A DNA stretch of 63,607 nt from a bacterium. GTDB lineage: Bacteria; JAMCPX01. The notes below the pieces were generated by a model. That model ran no database searches. It saw only the letters and a list, made by a program, of their open reading frames with translations, and was not told where the DNA came from. The stretch covers positions 1 to 63,607 of the forward strand of contig JBBIVV010000009.1 of NCBI GenBank assembly GCA_037439545.1. Reading direction: 5' to 3'. The stretch's first letter is position 1. Each line of letters begins with the position of its first letter. A program made the position numbers and the translations under genes. Shown here one piece after another: positions 54,636 to 63,607 of this stretch.

Positions 54636-56045
54636 TTATTTTTTATCCAGTATACCAGTGATATTTTTCGCAGTAAGCAGATCCCTGAGCTGCTTCTCCG
54701 TCAGGAAGCCTCTTTCAAGTATTATGTCCGTTACGGGCCTGTCTTCCTTCATTGCCTGCTTCACGACCTCTGCTGCATTCAGATAGCCTATGACAGGGTT
54801 CAGAATCGTGGCAATTGCAGGCGTATGTTCGAAATAGTATTGCAGGTTTTTCCTATTTACCGTAATGCCGTCAATCGCCTTTTGCGTAAAGACCGGCAGA
54901 AAATTCTTAAGAATATCGATGGATTCGAGCAGGGTGTTTGCCATGAGAGGCATCATCACATTGAGTTCAAGCTGTCCTGCCTGCTCTGCCATGGATACGG
55001 TAGCTGTATTGCCGATGACCCTGAAACAGATCATATCGAGCGCCTCTGCCATTACGGGATTTGTCTTCCCAGGCATGATTGAAGAGCCCGGCTGGACAGC
55101 GGGGAGCACGATCTCTGCAAGGCCGGTGACAGGTCCTGAGGACAGGAGTCTTAAGTCATTCGCAATTCTTATAAGTTCAAGGGCTGTCGTGTTGAGTATA
55201 CTTGCCGTATGACTTATCGCGATCCTTGACTGCAGGCCTTCTCTCGGATCTTTCGAGGTAAACAACTTCAGTCCTGTCGAGGCACTCAGATGCTTTATGA
55301 CCACCTCTCTATACCATGCAAGGGTATTGATACCAGTCCCTGCGGCAGTACCTCCTATCGGTACTTCAAGTAATGTCGGGCTGTATTGATTGCCCGTGAC
55401 GGCATGAAACATGGATAGTGTCTTGTTTAAAGTTTCTGCATAGGCATGGAACTCCTGTCCCAGAGTCACAGGTACTGCATCCTGAAGGTGCGTCCTGCCT
55501 GATTTCAAAAGTCCTCTGAATGCCCGTGCCTTTTTCAGCAAAGATGTTTCAAGCAGCTTCAAAGCATCGAGGAGCAGTTTTATATCCCAGAGCAGTGCAA
55601 TGTGAGCGGCTGTCGGGAAAGTGTCGTTCGTTGACTGCGATCTATTGACGTGGTCGTTCGGACTGAGTTTACGGTAATCCCCTTTTTTATAGCCGAGTGA
55701 TTCGAGGGCGATGTTTGCTATGACCTCGTTTACATTCATGTTCAGCGATGTGCCGGCACCTGCCTGATATCTGTCAATCACGAACTGATCAGCGAATTCG
55801 CCTGCAAGGATACGGTCACAGACATTGATAATTGCCTTTGCCCTTTTTCTATCAAGTACGTCGAGCTCGGCATTCGTGAGGGCACAAGCTTTTTTCAGCG
55901 TTACATAAGCCTTTATAAGGAGAGGATGATTTTTCTCACCACTTACCGGAAAGTTATTCAATGCCCTTGATGTCTGGACTCCGTAGTAAACATGTGCCGG
56001 CAATTTAACCTCTCCAAGACTGTCCTTTTCCACCCTGTAATCCAT
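54636..56045 (-). CDS. Aspartate ammonia-lyase / class II fumarase family enzyme
   Basis: GAGTSLNMNVNE, GRTHLQDAVP, GSSIMPGKTNP; AspA versus FumC not resolved. Confidence 0.9.
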   Translation of the reverse strand: MDYRVEKDSLGEVKLPAHVYYGVQTSRALNNFPVSGEKNHPLLIKAYVTLKKACALTNAELDVLDRKRAKAIINVCDRILAGEFADQFVIDRYQAGAGTSLNMNVNEVIANIALESLGYKKGDYRKLSPNDHVNRSQSTNDTFPTAAHIALLWDIKLLLDALKLLETSLLKKARAFRGLLKSGRTHLQDAVPVTLGQEFHAYAETLNKTLSMFHAVTGNQYSPTLLEVPIGGTAAGTGINTLAWYREVVIKHLSASTGLKLFTSKDPREGLQSRIAISHTASILNTTALELIRIANDLRLLSSGPVTGLAEIVLPAVQPGSSIMPGKTNPVMAEALDMICFRVIGNTATVSMAEQAGQLELNVMMPLMANTLLESIDILKNFLPVFTQKAIDGITVNRKNLQYYFEHTPAIATILNPVIGYLNAAEVVKQAMKEDRPVTDIILERGFLTEKQLRDLLTAKNITGILDKK

Positions 56046-56137
56046 GGGATCATAGTAGGACGGCAGGCATAAAAGGTCAACCTTAAAAATCGAGTGGAGG
56101 TAAGAATGCAGACTTATATGATTAAAACGTCAAACAA

Positions 56138-56352
56138 AAATCCCCTCTCTTTCCCCTTTACAGGCTGTCCGGCTATTGTCATGCTGAGGCACATTCATTC
56201 CATTCAGTGTAAACTCCGCTATGAATCTGACACAGATGTAGATTCTTCGCCGTTGGCTCAGAATGACAAAGTGGGTGTTTCAGAATGACAGCCATGCTGT
56301 TCTTTGAATTGTCGGACAACTCCTTTAGTAAAGGTGGAAAGAGGGGGGATTT
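56138..56352. repeat. REP-like hairpin interrupted by the family C MITE
   Basis: AAATCCCCTCTCTTTCCCCTTTA [insert] GTAAAGGTGGAAAGAGGGGGATTT; the arms are complementary. Confidence 0.7.
56161..56321 (+). mobile_element. 161-bp MITE, family C, copy 2
   Basis: Near-identical to 49250-49410; flanked by CCTTTA on both sides (56155-56160, 56322-56327). Confidence 0.85.
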
Positions 56353-56417
56353 GTAAAGATTGACTGCATGTCAAATAACAGATAATCAGTAAGCAAGGGC
56401 GAGGGAGGTTTTATTAT

Positions 56418-57932
56418 ATGAATGAGGATAAGAAATCTATCATCATCATCGGCGGCGGTCTTGCCGGGCTTTCGGCAGGCTGTTACGCTCTTATGAATGG
56501 GTACGACGTGCAGGTTTTCGAGCACGCTGCGATCCCCGGCGGCGTATGCACGTCGTGGAAGATCGACAACTATCTCGTCGACGGCTGTATCCACTGGCTT
56601 ATGGGCCACAGGCCCGGCAGCTCTGTCTATAGAATATACAAAGAACTCGGTATTGCGGATGCAAACAGGTTTATGGATGCAACGTCTTACATAAACTTCG
56701 TCGATGCAAGGACCGGCAGCCGGTTCGAGCTTACTTCAGATTATGAAACGGTGAAAAATCAGTTGATAGCCATATCTCCGGAGGACAAAGGCATTATAGA
56801 AGAATTCCTTCAGTCATGCCTTGTCATGGCTGAACTGCAAATACCCACAGGCAGCCCATCCACGAAGAAAAGCACCCTCGAGAGGCTTGCAGATCTATGG
56901 CAGAAGGGAAAGATGATAAGATATTTCTTCAAGTACAATCAGTCACTGAAAGAATATGTTAAAAAGATAAGAAATAAATGGGTGCAGGACATCATCATTA
57001 ACCTGTTCCTGCAGGACATGACTACGTTGTTCTCCATGCTGATGCTCGGATACCTGTTCAAAAACCAGCTCGGCACGGTTGAAGGCGGTTCTCTCAGGTT
57101 TGTGCTTCCCATAGAGAAAAGGCTTAAAAAGCTCGGAGGCAGGATCACCTACAATGCCACCGTCGGGAAAATTATCGTTGAAGACAATACTGCTGTCGGC
57201 GTAAAGCTTGCCGATGGCTCTGTCCATAGGTCTGACATCGTGATATCTGCCGCTGACTTGCACGCAACGCTTTATGACATGCTTGACGGAAAATATGTCG
57301 GCAAAAGGTTCGGAAATATGTTTAAAAACTGGAAGATGTTCAGTCCGCTCATGCTGGTAAGCTTCGGTGTCAAAGGCGGTATAAAAAAGTACCCGCCGGT
57401 GAATGTCTTTTTCCTGAAAGAGCCGTTTAAAATCGGCAATACCGTCATAGACAGGCTCCTTGTCCGCGATTACAGCTATGACAAAGTAATGAACCCCGGG
57501 GACAGAACGGTTATCCAGGCTGAGATTGAGACGGAGTATGATTACTGGATGGATCTCAGAAAGAATGAGGATACGTATTACAAGGAGAAGGACAACGCCG
57601 CACACAGGGTATTGGATAAACTTGAAGAGTTCTATCCCGGCATCAAAGCAAAGGTTGAGATGATAGATGTAGCGACACCTTACACGTTCCTCAGATATAC
57701 GCGCAATTACAGGGGTGCATTCGAAGGCTGGCTAATGACAGGCGATACCATAAAAATGCCTGTCCCAAAGACGCTTGACGGATTGAAAAACTTTTATCTG
57801 GCAGGGCAGTGGGTGGAGCCCGGCGGAGGCGTGCCAACGGCAGTCGCATCAGGCAGGAGGATCATCAAAAAAATCTGCTACAACGACAGGAAAGAATTCG
57901 TAACAAAACTGCCGGAAAATGGTAGTGAGTAA
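56418..57932 (+). CDS. FAD-dependent oxidoreductase, phytoene desaturase-like family
   Basis: IIGGGLAGL Rossmann motif, PGGVCTSW, ATPYT..RYT.N..G, AGQWVEPGGGVP. Confidence 0.9.
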   Translation: MNEDKKSIIIIGGGLAGLSAGCYALMNGYDVQVFEHAAIPGGVCTSWKIDNYLVDGCIHWLMGHRPGSSVYRIYKELGIADANRFMDATSYINFVDARTGSRFELTSDYETVKNQLIAISPEDKGIIEEFLQSCLVMAELQIPTGSPSTKKSTLERLADLWQKGKMIRYFFKYNQSLKEYVKKIRNKWVQDIIINLFLQDMTTLFSMLMLGYLFKNQLGTVEGGSLRFVLPIEKRLKKLGGRITYNATVGKIIVEDNTAVGVKLADGSVHRSDIVISAADLHATLYDMLDGKYVGKRFGNMFKNWKMFSPLMLVSFGVKGGIKKYPPVNVFFLKEPFKIGNTVIDRLLVRDYSYDKVMNPGDRTVIQAEIETEYDYWMDLRKNEDTYYKEKDNAAHRVLDKLEEFYPGIKAKVEMIDVATPYTFLRYTRNYRGAFEGWLMTGDTIKMPVPKTLDGLKNFYLAGQWVEPGGGVPTAVASGRRIIKKICYNDRKEFVTKLPENGSE

Positions 57933-58034
57933 ACCCCGTGAGAAAGGATGTGGCTTTAAACCACGCCCTTTTTATAAGGAATTAATAATTATGATATTAT
58001 CCCCACCATAAATGGCGGGGCTTTCTAACGGGGT
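57933..58034 (-). mobile_element. 102-bp MITE/REP-like element, family A, copy 2
   Basis: Reverse-complement homolog of 8708-8809; ACCCCGTGAGAAA...TTTCTAACGGGGT. Confidence 0.8.
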
Positions 58035-58073
58035 AGAAAACACGGTGTCCTGTTCTCCTAAACCAGGGAGTAC

Positions 58074-59180
58074 TCAGGAATTATGCTGAATCATGGCACG
58101 GAAACGCTCAGCACTTGTCTTCAGTGCTTCCTCTATATTTTTCCTTCTTGCAATCTCTTTGCGCAGTTCTTCCTCAACCCGTTTTCTTCTTGTTATGTCC
58201 CTTGAATTGACCACAACCCCTTCGACCTCCGGCACATTAAGAAGATTCTTTATCCGGGCCTCGAGAATATGCCATGAGCCGTCTTTGAACAGGTAGCGGA
58301 ACTCACTGACGGTCATTTTACCCGGTGTCTTTATACCGTTTGTGAAGTCACGGATGACCCTTTCCCTATCGTCCGGGTGTATGAGCTTTACCGCAGTCTT
58401 GCCGATCAAATCTTCGGGCCTGTAGCCGCTTGAGTCTTCGAATCCGTAATTCCGGTACCGTATTGTGCCGTCGCGGTCAAAAACCGTAACGCTGTCATCC
58501 AGGCTCTCTATGATTGAACGGAAATACGCTTCGCTTTCTTTAAGCTCTTTCTCCGCTTTCTCTTTTTCAGTTCTGAGCCGTATTGCTTCGATCCTGAACG
58601 CAAGATCGTTTGCAAGCTTATCGAGCAGTTCGCTTACATCACTGTCGAATGCATCGGATTCGCCCGCATAAATAGTAAGTGCTCCGAAGATTACATTATT
58701 CACGATCAACGGCAGGGCAATTGACGAGGCATATCTCCGCTTGGATGCTTCGCTGCACCACGGGTCGAAAGAATGGTCGGTAATGGAATCCTTCACTATA
58801 CACGGCCTGCCTGTCCTGATGGCTGTGCCTGCAGGACTCTGACCATATTCATCGTTACCCCATGTTATGTTTGCTTTCCCAAGATACCCTTCCTCAGACC
58901 CGGTATATGCCACGGGTCTCACGGTCTTTCTCTCATCATGTTCTGCAAAGCCTATCCATGCAAGCCTGTATCCGCCTGTATTGACAATACTTCTGCAGAT
59001 TACATCCAGAAGCTCTGTCTCATCGTTCATAGAGACCAGTGCATGGTTGCATTCGCTCAGCGACTTGATAGCCATCATTATCCTTCGAAGCTTTTCTTCC
59101 GATCGCATACGTTTTTTTGCCTCAAGCTTAAGCTGTTCGTCAAACTGCATTTGATCATCATGCGGTTCATACATGTTCAT
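58074..59180 (-). CDS. GAF-PAS sensor protein without output domain, probably truncated
   Basis: GAF (GYRLAWIG...SSIALPL..GALTIY) and PAS (IHPDD...SRDIT); stops at AERFRAMIQHNS, which looks like the start of another PAS. Confidence 0.75.
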   Translation of the reverse strand: MNMYEPHDDQMQFDEQLKLEAKKRMRSEEKLRRIMMAIKSLSECNHALVSMNDETELLDVICRSIVNTGGYRLAWIGFAEHDERKTVRPVAYTGSEEGYLGKANITWGNDEYGQSPAGTAIRTGRPCIVKDSITDHSFDPWCSEASKRRYASSIALPLIVNNVIFGALTIYAGESDAFDSDVSELLDKLANDLAFRIEAIRLRTEKEKAEKELKESEAYFRSIIESLDDSVTVFDRDGTIRYRNYGFEDSSGYRPEDLIGKTAVKLIHPDDRERVIRDFTNGIKTPGKMTVSEFRYLFKDGSWHILEARIKNLLNVPEVEGVVVNSRDITRRKRVEEELRKEIARRKNIEEALKTSAERFRAMIQHNS

Positions 59181-59543
59181 TAACTCCTTAGGGCAGGTAA
59201 AATATCAATAATTTATCAGCATTATTCATACCAGGAGAGTTTTATATTAACTATATATAATTTAAGAAATATAAATAATGATGGCAAGTCAGTATTGTTA
59301 AATAATAATCACATGTGTTTAAAAATAGTCAATTATAGTTGCTATTTGTTTCGATATCGCGGTGAACTGTAAAATCAATGCACTTCTTGCCGTGAACGAT
59401 AATATTGTATTCAGAATGATTATTTATAACTTCAAAAGCCTTGATTATAATGTAATTTATAGTAAAGTTTTATAAAACGCGTCAGGCAGTCTCTGGAAAA
59501 TTATCTGGTTTGCCAGACGCGGTTAAATAATAAGGAGAAAAAT

Positions 59544-60755
59544 ATGTCTTTTGTGTGGCCGTTCCTGATAGGTGTTTTTGCCGGTGCTTTTATTGTAATC
59601 CTGATAAATTGGCTTCGAAGGAAAGAGGCGAAAGAACTTGCAAAGGCACTTGTAGAACAAACGCAGACAGAGAAGATACAGGATTTGGAGGCTGTAATCC
59701 AGAGGCTTAAAGAGTCGTTTGAATCGCTTGCCTCGAACGCATTGTCAAACAGCACGAATGAATTGTTAAAATTAGCGGATCAAACACTCAAAGGTAATTT
59801 ACAATCAGGTGAAAAAGACCTTGAAGGTAAGAAGAAGCTTATCGATCAAACGCTTGAAGTACTATCAAAGGAAATGCAGAAGGTGCAGGAAACCGTTGTA
59901 AGCCTCGAGAAAAATTCTGGACAGAAGTTCGGAGAGCTTACCTCACAGTTAAAGAACGCTGCCGAAAGCACCAATAGCCTGCATGAGACCACAAACCAGT
60001 TAAAAGCAGCATTGGCAAATACAAAGGTCAGAGGGCAATGGGGCGAAAGGATGGCAGAGGACGTGCTGCGTCTTGCGGGTTTTATCGAAGGTGTGAACTA
60101 CCAGAAACAGAAAGCTATCGAGGCATCCGTAAGAAGGCCTGATTTTACTTTCTTTCTGCCGCAGGGGCTGAAGATCAACATGGACGTAAAATTTCCTCTC
60201 AACAACTACCTTTCTTATCTGGAAGCCCAGACTGATATGGAAAAGGACAAGTATAAGGCACAGTTCCTCAGGGACGTGAGGGCAAGGGTCAAAGAGGTCA
60301 CGACGCGCGACTATATTGACCCTGCATCGCATACCGTGGACTATGTGCTTGTGTTTATACCGAATGAGCAGGTATACGGCTTTATCAACGAGTATGACAG
60401 GACAGTACTCGACGAAGCACTCAAAAACAAGGTTGTGCTGTGTTCTCCGCTTACGCTGTACGCAATACTTGCGGTCATTCGGCAGGCAATAGACAACTTT
60501 AGCCTCGAGCAGAGTGCTGCAAAAATACTTGCCGTCATGGGGACATTCAAAGATCAGTGGACTAAATTTGTCGAATCCATGGAAAAGGTCGGTAAGAGGA
60601 TAGATGATGCAAAGACCGAGTTTAATACTCTGACTACCACAAGACGCAATCAGCTCGAACGTCCGCTCAAACAAATAGATGATTTACGGTCTGCAAAGGG
60701 CATTTCCATGGACCTCCTGCCGCCTGCAAATAATGAAAGGAACGAAAATCACTGA
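59544..60755 (+). CDS. rmuC: DNA recombination protein RmuC
   Basis: N-terminal TM, coiled coil, RGQWGE, RPD, DVKFPL, VFIPNE, SPLTL. Confidence 0.93.
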   Translation: MSFVWPFLIGVFAGAFIVILINWLRRKEAKELAKALVEQTQTEKIQDLEAVIQRLKESFESLASNALSNSTNELLKLADQTLKGNLQSGEKDLEGKKKLIDQTLEVLSKEMQKVQETVVSLEKNSGQKFGELTSQLKNAAESTNSLHETTNQLKAALANTKVRGQWGERMAEDVLRLAGFIEGVNYQKQKAIEASVRRPDFTFFLPQGLKINMDVKFPLNNYLSYLEAQTDMEKDKYKAQFLRDVRARVKEVTTRDYIDPASHTVDYVLVFIPNEQVYGFINEYDRTVLDEALKNKVVLCSPLTLYAILAVIRQAIDNFSLEQSAAKILAVMGTFKDQWTKFVESMEKVGKRIDDAKTEFNTLTTTRRNQLERPLKQIDDLRSAKGISMDLLPPANNERNENH

Positions 60756-60771
60756 CCCGAAAAATGCAATT
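60756..60771 (+). repeat. Solo end of the family B MITE
   Basis: CCCGAAAAATGCAATT identical to 9627-9642; directly follows the rmuC stop codon. Confidence 0.6.
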
Positions 60772-60796
60772 AGGGGAACAGCTCTCGTGTAGGTCC

Positions 60797-61801
60797 TTAC
60801 ATCTTCTCGTCGGATTGCTCGAATCCAATCAGTTCGTGGGCTATGTATAAAGGTCTTTTCTTTACCTCGCTGTATATCCTTCCTATATATTCGCCCAGGA
60901 TCCCTATGGTAAAAAGCTGGACTCCGCCCAAAAATAAAATGACTGCAAGCAAAGAAGCATAACCTGAAGCAGGATCCATGTAGAACAGGGTGTTTATCAA
61001 AAGAAACACTGCATAAACAAGTGATAAAATTACAGTCAAGAGTCCGAAATAAGTGGCAAACTGGAGAGGTATTTGACTGAATGATGTTATGCCGCCGAGG
61101 GCGACGTTCCAGAGCTCCCAATAGCTCTGCTTCGGTTTTCCTGCATTTCTCTTTTGCCGCGTATAGAATATAGCAGTCTGTTTATAGCCGACCCATTGGA
61201 ATAATACCTGCATTAACCGGTTCCTTTCCGTGAGCTTTTTTAGAGATTCTACCACAGGCCTGCTTATCAGGCGGAAATCTCCGGTATCTTTTGGAATTTT
61301 TATTTTGATAAGACTGTTTATGACCCTGTAGAAAATAAACGAGATCCCGCGCTTGAACCATCCTTCACCGCTTCTGCGTTTCCTCGTTGCGTAAACGACA
61401 TCATAGCCCTCTCTCCATTTTGCGACAAGCTCCGGTATTATTTCCGGAGGGTCTTGCAGGTCTGCGTCTATAGGAATTACCGCTTCTCCCGCAGAGAAAT
61501 CGATACCCGCAGTCAAAGCCGCCTGTTTGCCGAAATTCCTCGAGAAATTTATAATCTTGACCTGCGGATCTCTTTTATTAAGCTTCAATAATTCATCTAA
61601 GGTGTTGTCTGTCGAACCGTCATTTACACAAATGATTTCATACCTCACCCTCATGCCATCGAACACCTTTTTAGCTCTTGAATAAAGCTCAGGGATGTTC
61701 TCCACTTCATTGTACATAGGTGCTATGAGTGATATGGTTACCTGCCGTTCCTTGCTTGTGTCCAACAAATTTATCCGGCCTCCTTGATCAATAAATATCA
61801 C
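60797..61801 (-). CDS. GT2 polyprenol-phosphate glycosyltransferase (GtrB/YkcC-like)
   Basis: PMYNE, NDGSTD, FSRNFGK, IDADLQDPPE, TGDFRL, two C-terminal TMs, GEYIGRIY.EVK.RPLY. Confidence 0.92.
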   Translation of the reverse strand: MIFIDQGGRINLLDTSKERQVTISLIAPMYNEVENIPELYSRAKKVFDGMRVRYEIICVNDGSTDNTLDELLKLNKRDPQVKIINFSRNFGKQAALTAGIDFSAGEAVIPIDADLQDPPEIIPELVAKWREGYDVVYATRKRRSGEGWFKRGISFIFYRVINSLIKIKIPKDTGDFRLISRPVVESLKKLTERNRLMQVLFQWVGYKQTAIFYTRQKRNAGKPKQSYWELWNVALGGITSFSQIPLQFATYFGLLTVILSLVYAVFLLINTLFYMDPASGYASLLAVILFLGGVQLFTIGILGEYIGRIYSEVKKRPLYIAHELIGFEQSDEKM

Positions 61802-61854
61802 TATTTATCTCTTTAATCAATTGTCCTCTGAACGTTCCTATCGTAATGTTTAGG

Positions 61855-62031
61855 TTAAGAGGGTATCCCTTTATCTGCCCGCTTTCTCAGACAATTGAAC
61901 GCGAAGAAAGTAAGAATAAAAACGGCCGTTGCTATGCTTATAAAAAAACCAATTACGAACGCTTCCGGCATATATTCGAATCTTACCGTGTAATTACCCT
62001 GCGGCAGATTGATACCCTGAAACAGGTAGTT
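61855..62031 (-). pseudogene. C-terminal remnant of a YfhO-like membrane protein
   Basis: Frame NYLFQGINLPQGNYTVRFEYMPEAFVIGFFISIATAVFIL...stop, with no N-terminus; resembles YfhO C-termini. Confidence 0.6.
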
Positions 62032-62033
62032 TC

Positions 62034-63383
62034 TTATTCATACTCATAAGGCTTCTTGACCATCCTCAAATTCAACAACAATAAAAGGATCATTCCGTAG
62101 AACGGGGCGGAATAAAATGTCATGCGGTAAAAGAAGCTCTCAGGGGCGCCTGCGACAATGAGATGGACGATATTTATGATTTTCTGAAAGTAAATGGAAT
62201 GAGTATCGATCGATACAAGCAAAAGCGATGTTAAGAAGATTACTATCTCGCCTGTGTTCTTTCTCTTTACGAGTTCTTTAATTAATACAACGAATGGCAA
62301 TAACAAAAGCGTCAGATAGTGGTTCCAGCAAATAGGGGATAAGAGCAAGGATAGAATAATAAAAAAAGAAAAGCCTAATTCGTCGGTATATGTTTTGATA
62401 CGCAAAGACAAATACGACAAAAGCACGAGGATTGCAGCAGAAAGCACAATATCTTTAAGCATATAATTCTCAGATGCAGCAAAGACCCCGGTGCTGCCAT
62501 ATGCCTTTACCGACAGAAAAAGTTTCGCAAAAAAACCATTTATGGAAAGGTTCCCTATGTCGGCTCCGGAATATCGTGAGTCCTCAGGTAGTATATGAAA
62601 CAGAAAATGAAAGAAGTCATATTTCGTTACGATCACGGTAAGAACAAGAATGGCGGTGATACTGAGAACGGAGTATAAGAATGCCTTATACCTTTTATTG
62701 ATAAGAAAATAGAGCATTAAAAGACCGGGATAGAACTTGAGCATTGTTGCGAGTGCAATAAAAATACCTGATATTTCTTCTCTGTCTTTTTTTAAAAAAT
62801 ACCATCCTGCTATGACAAACAGCGTGGCAAGGATGGATATTTGCCCCACAGATAGGTTTGCCTGAAACGGCAGCCATGCAAAAGAAAAAAGAGAGATTAA
62901 TGGAAAATAGACCCATGAAATATCTTCTGCCTTAATCAACAGAAAAATGGTCAAAAACATGCACGCTATCGTCATTAATCCGTACAGAAAAATAGCTTCA
63001 TGGAAATTAAAAAACCATAGAGGAAACAAGAGCAGGGCAGCAAACGGCGGATGAGCGTTGAGGTGCATAATGCGTATGTCTACGTTTACCCCATTGCTTG
63101 AAAGGAGGCTTGTGTAAAGGTCCATATAATGAGAAGGGTACACGGATTTACCGGCAAGGAGCTGCCTGCCGGCAATATAATCCTGCGGAAAATCATAAGG
63201 CGCAGTTGTACCTATGAAGAAAGAGTATCTGAGCGCGGGAAGCCTGATAGAGAAATAGGTAAGAAGGGCAACAGAAAGAAGGAAATATAATATGATCTTT
63301 TTTACCTTTTCAGAATTCTTTCCGGTTTGTGGCTTATCTAAATCCACGGCTTGTCCAACGGGGGTTATTGGTGCGATATTCAT
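62034..63383 (-). CDS. GT-C fold glycosyltransferase, family 87 (DUF2029)
   Basis: DFPQDY, HPPF, GQIS, LKFYPG, GNLS, SPICWNHY; multi-TM. Confidence 0.85.
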   Translation of the reverse strand: MNIAPITPVGQAVDLDKPQTGKNSEKVKKIILYFLLSVALLTYFSIRLPALRYSFFIGTTAPYDFPQDYIAGRQLLAGKSVYPSHYMDLYTSLLSSNGVNVDIRIMHLNAHPPFAALLLFPLWFFNFHEAIFLYGLMTIACMFLTIFLLIKAEDISWVYFPLISLFSFAWLPFQANLSVGQISILATLFVIAGWYFLKKDREEISGIFIALATMLKFYPGLLMLYFLINKRYKAFLYSVLSITAILVLTVIVTKYDFFHFLFHILPEDSRYSGADIGNLSINGFFAKLFLSVKAYGSTGVFAASENYMLKDIVLSAAILVLLSYLSLRIKTYTDELGFSFFIILSLLLSPICWNHYLTLLLLPFVVLIKELVKRKNTGEIVIFLTSLLLVSIDTHSIYFQKIINIVHLIVAGAPESFFYRMTFYSAPFYGMILLLLLNLRMVKKPYEYE

Positions 63384-63607
63384 CCTATCTCTCGTCCTTA
63401 CCGCTCAATAAGCCATAAGTAGATTAATATCAAGCCATCTCTTAATCTAATAGGGGGCAAAACTGGCTTCCCGCAGGAGTTTAATCCCGCAAAATGCCGG
63501 GTGGGATTGACAGACCGATAAATTGATTCTCTCTCCTGTTAAAGGCAGATATGGAAGAATATGATTGATTGTTATTCCCTCTGTTTTTCCTATTTTTATC
63601 ATCTTTT

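Noticed and set aside
56094-56288. 64-aa ORF
   Set aside because: Mostly read through the REP/MITE sequence.
63464-63513. Degenerate REP-like sequence (CTGGCTTCCCGC...GTGGGATTGACAG)
   Set aside because: Single, poorly paired copy; insufficient support within the window.

Overview
Bacterial chromosomal segment. The RpoC/ribosomal protein sequences look deltaproteobacteria-like, but this is a visual impression only. The centre (about 13.9-46.2 kb) is one contiguous + strand translation/transcription supercluster: tRNA-Thr/Tyr/Gly/Thr, tuf, rpmG, tRNA-Trp, secE, nusG, rplKAJL, rpoBC, rpsLG, fusA, a second apparently identical tuf, and the S10, spc and alpha operons, with rpmD/L30 missing from its usual place. 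The left flank holds a 5'-truncated mqnD, a brnTA toxin-antitoxin pair between 36-bp direct repeats, an MFS transporter, a TetR-led PlsA/PlsR(Ger)-like activase-reductase operon with a perfect 36-bp palindrome, tRNA-Ser, a transglutaminase-like protein, a CDF transporter and an FAH-family gene. The right flank holds two fluoride riboswitches. One is canonical, before crcB-DUF190. The other has its own promoter and terminator and sits in front of a bacterial dynamin-like GTPase, which is the most striking item here. Also on the right: AlkD-like, alpha/beta hydrolase, a vapC remnant, aspA/fumC-mutL-amgK, a phytoene-desaturase-like oxidoreductase, a truncated GAF-PAS sensor, rmuC and a GT87/GT2 glycosylation pair with a YfhO-like remnant. 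At least three MITE/REP-like families lie in intergenic DNA. All calls are from motif recognition by eye; no searches were run.
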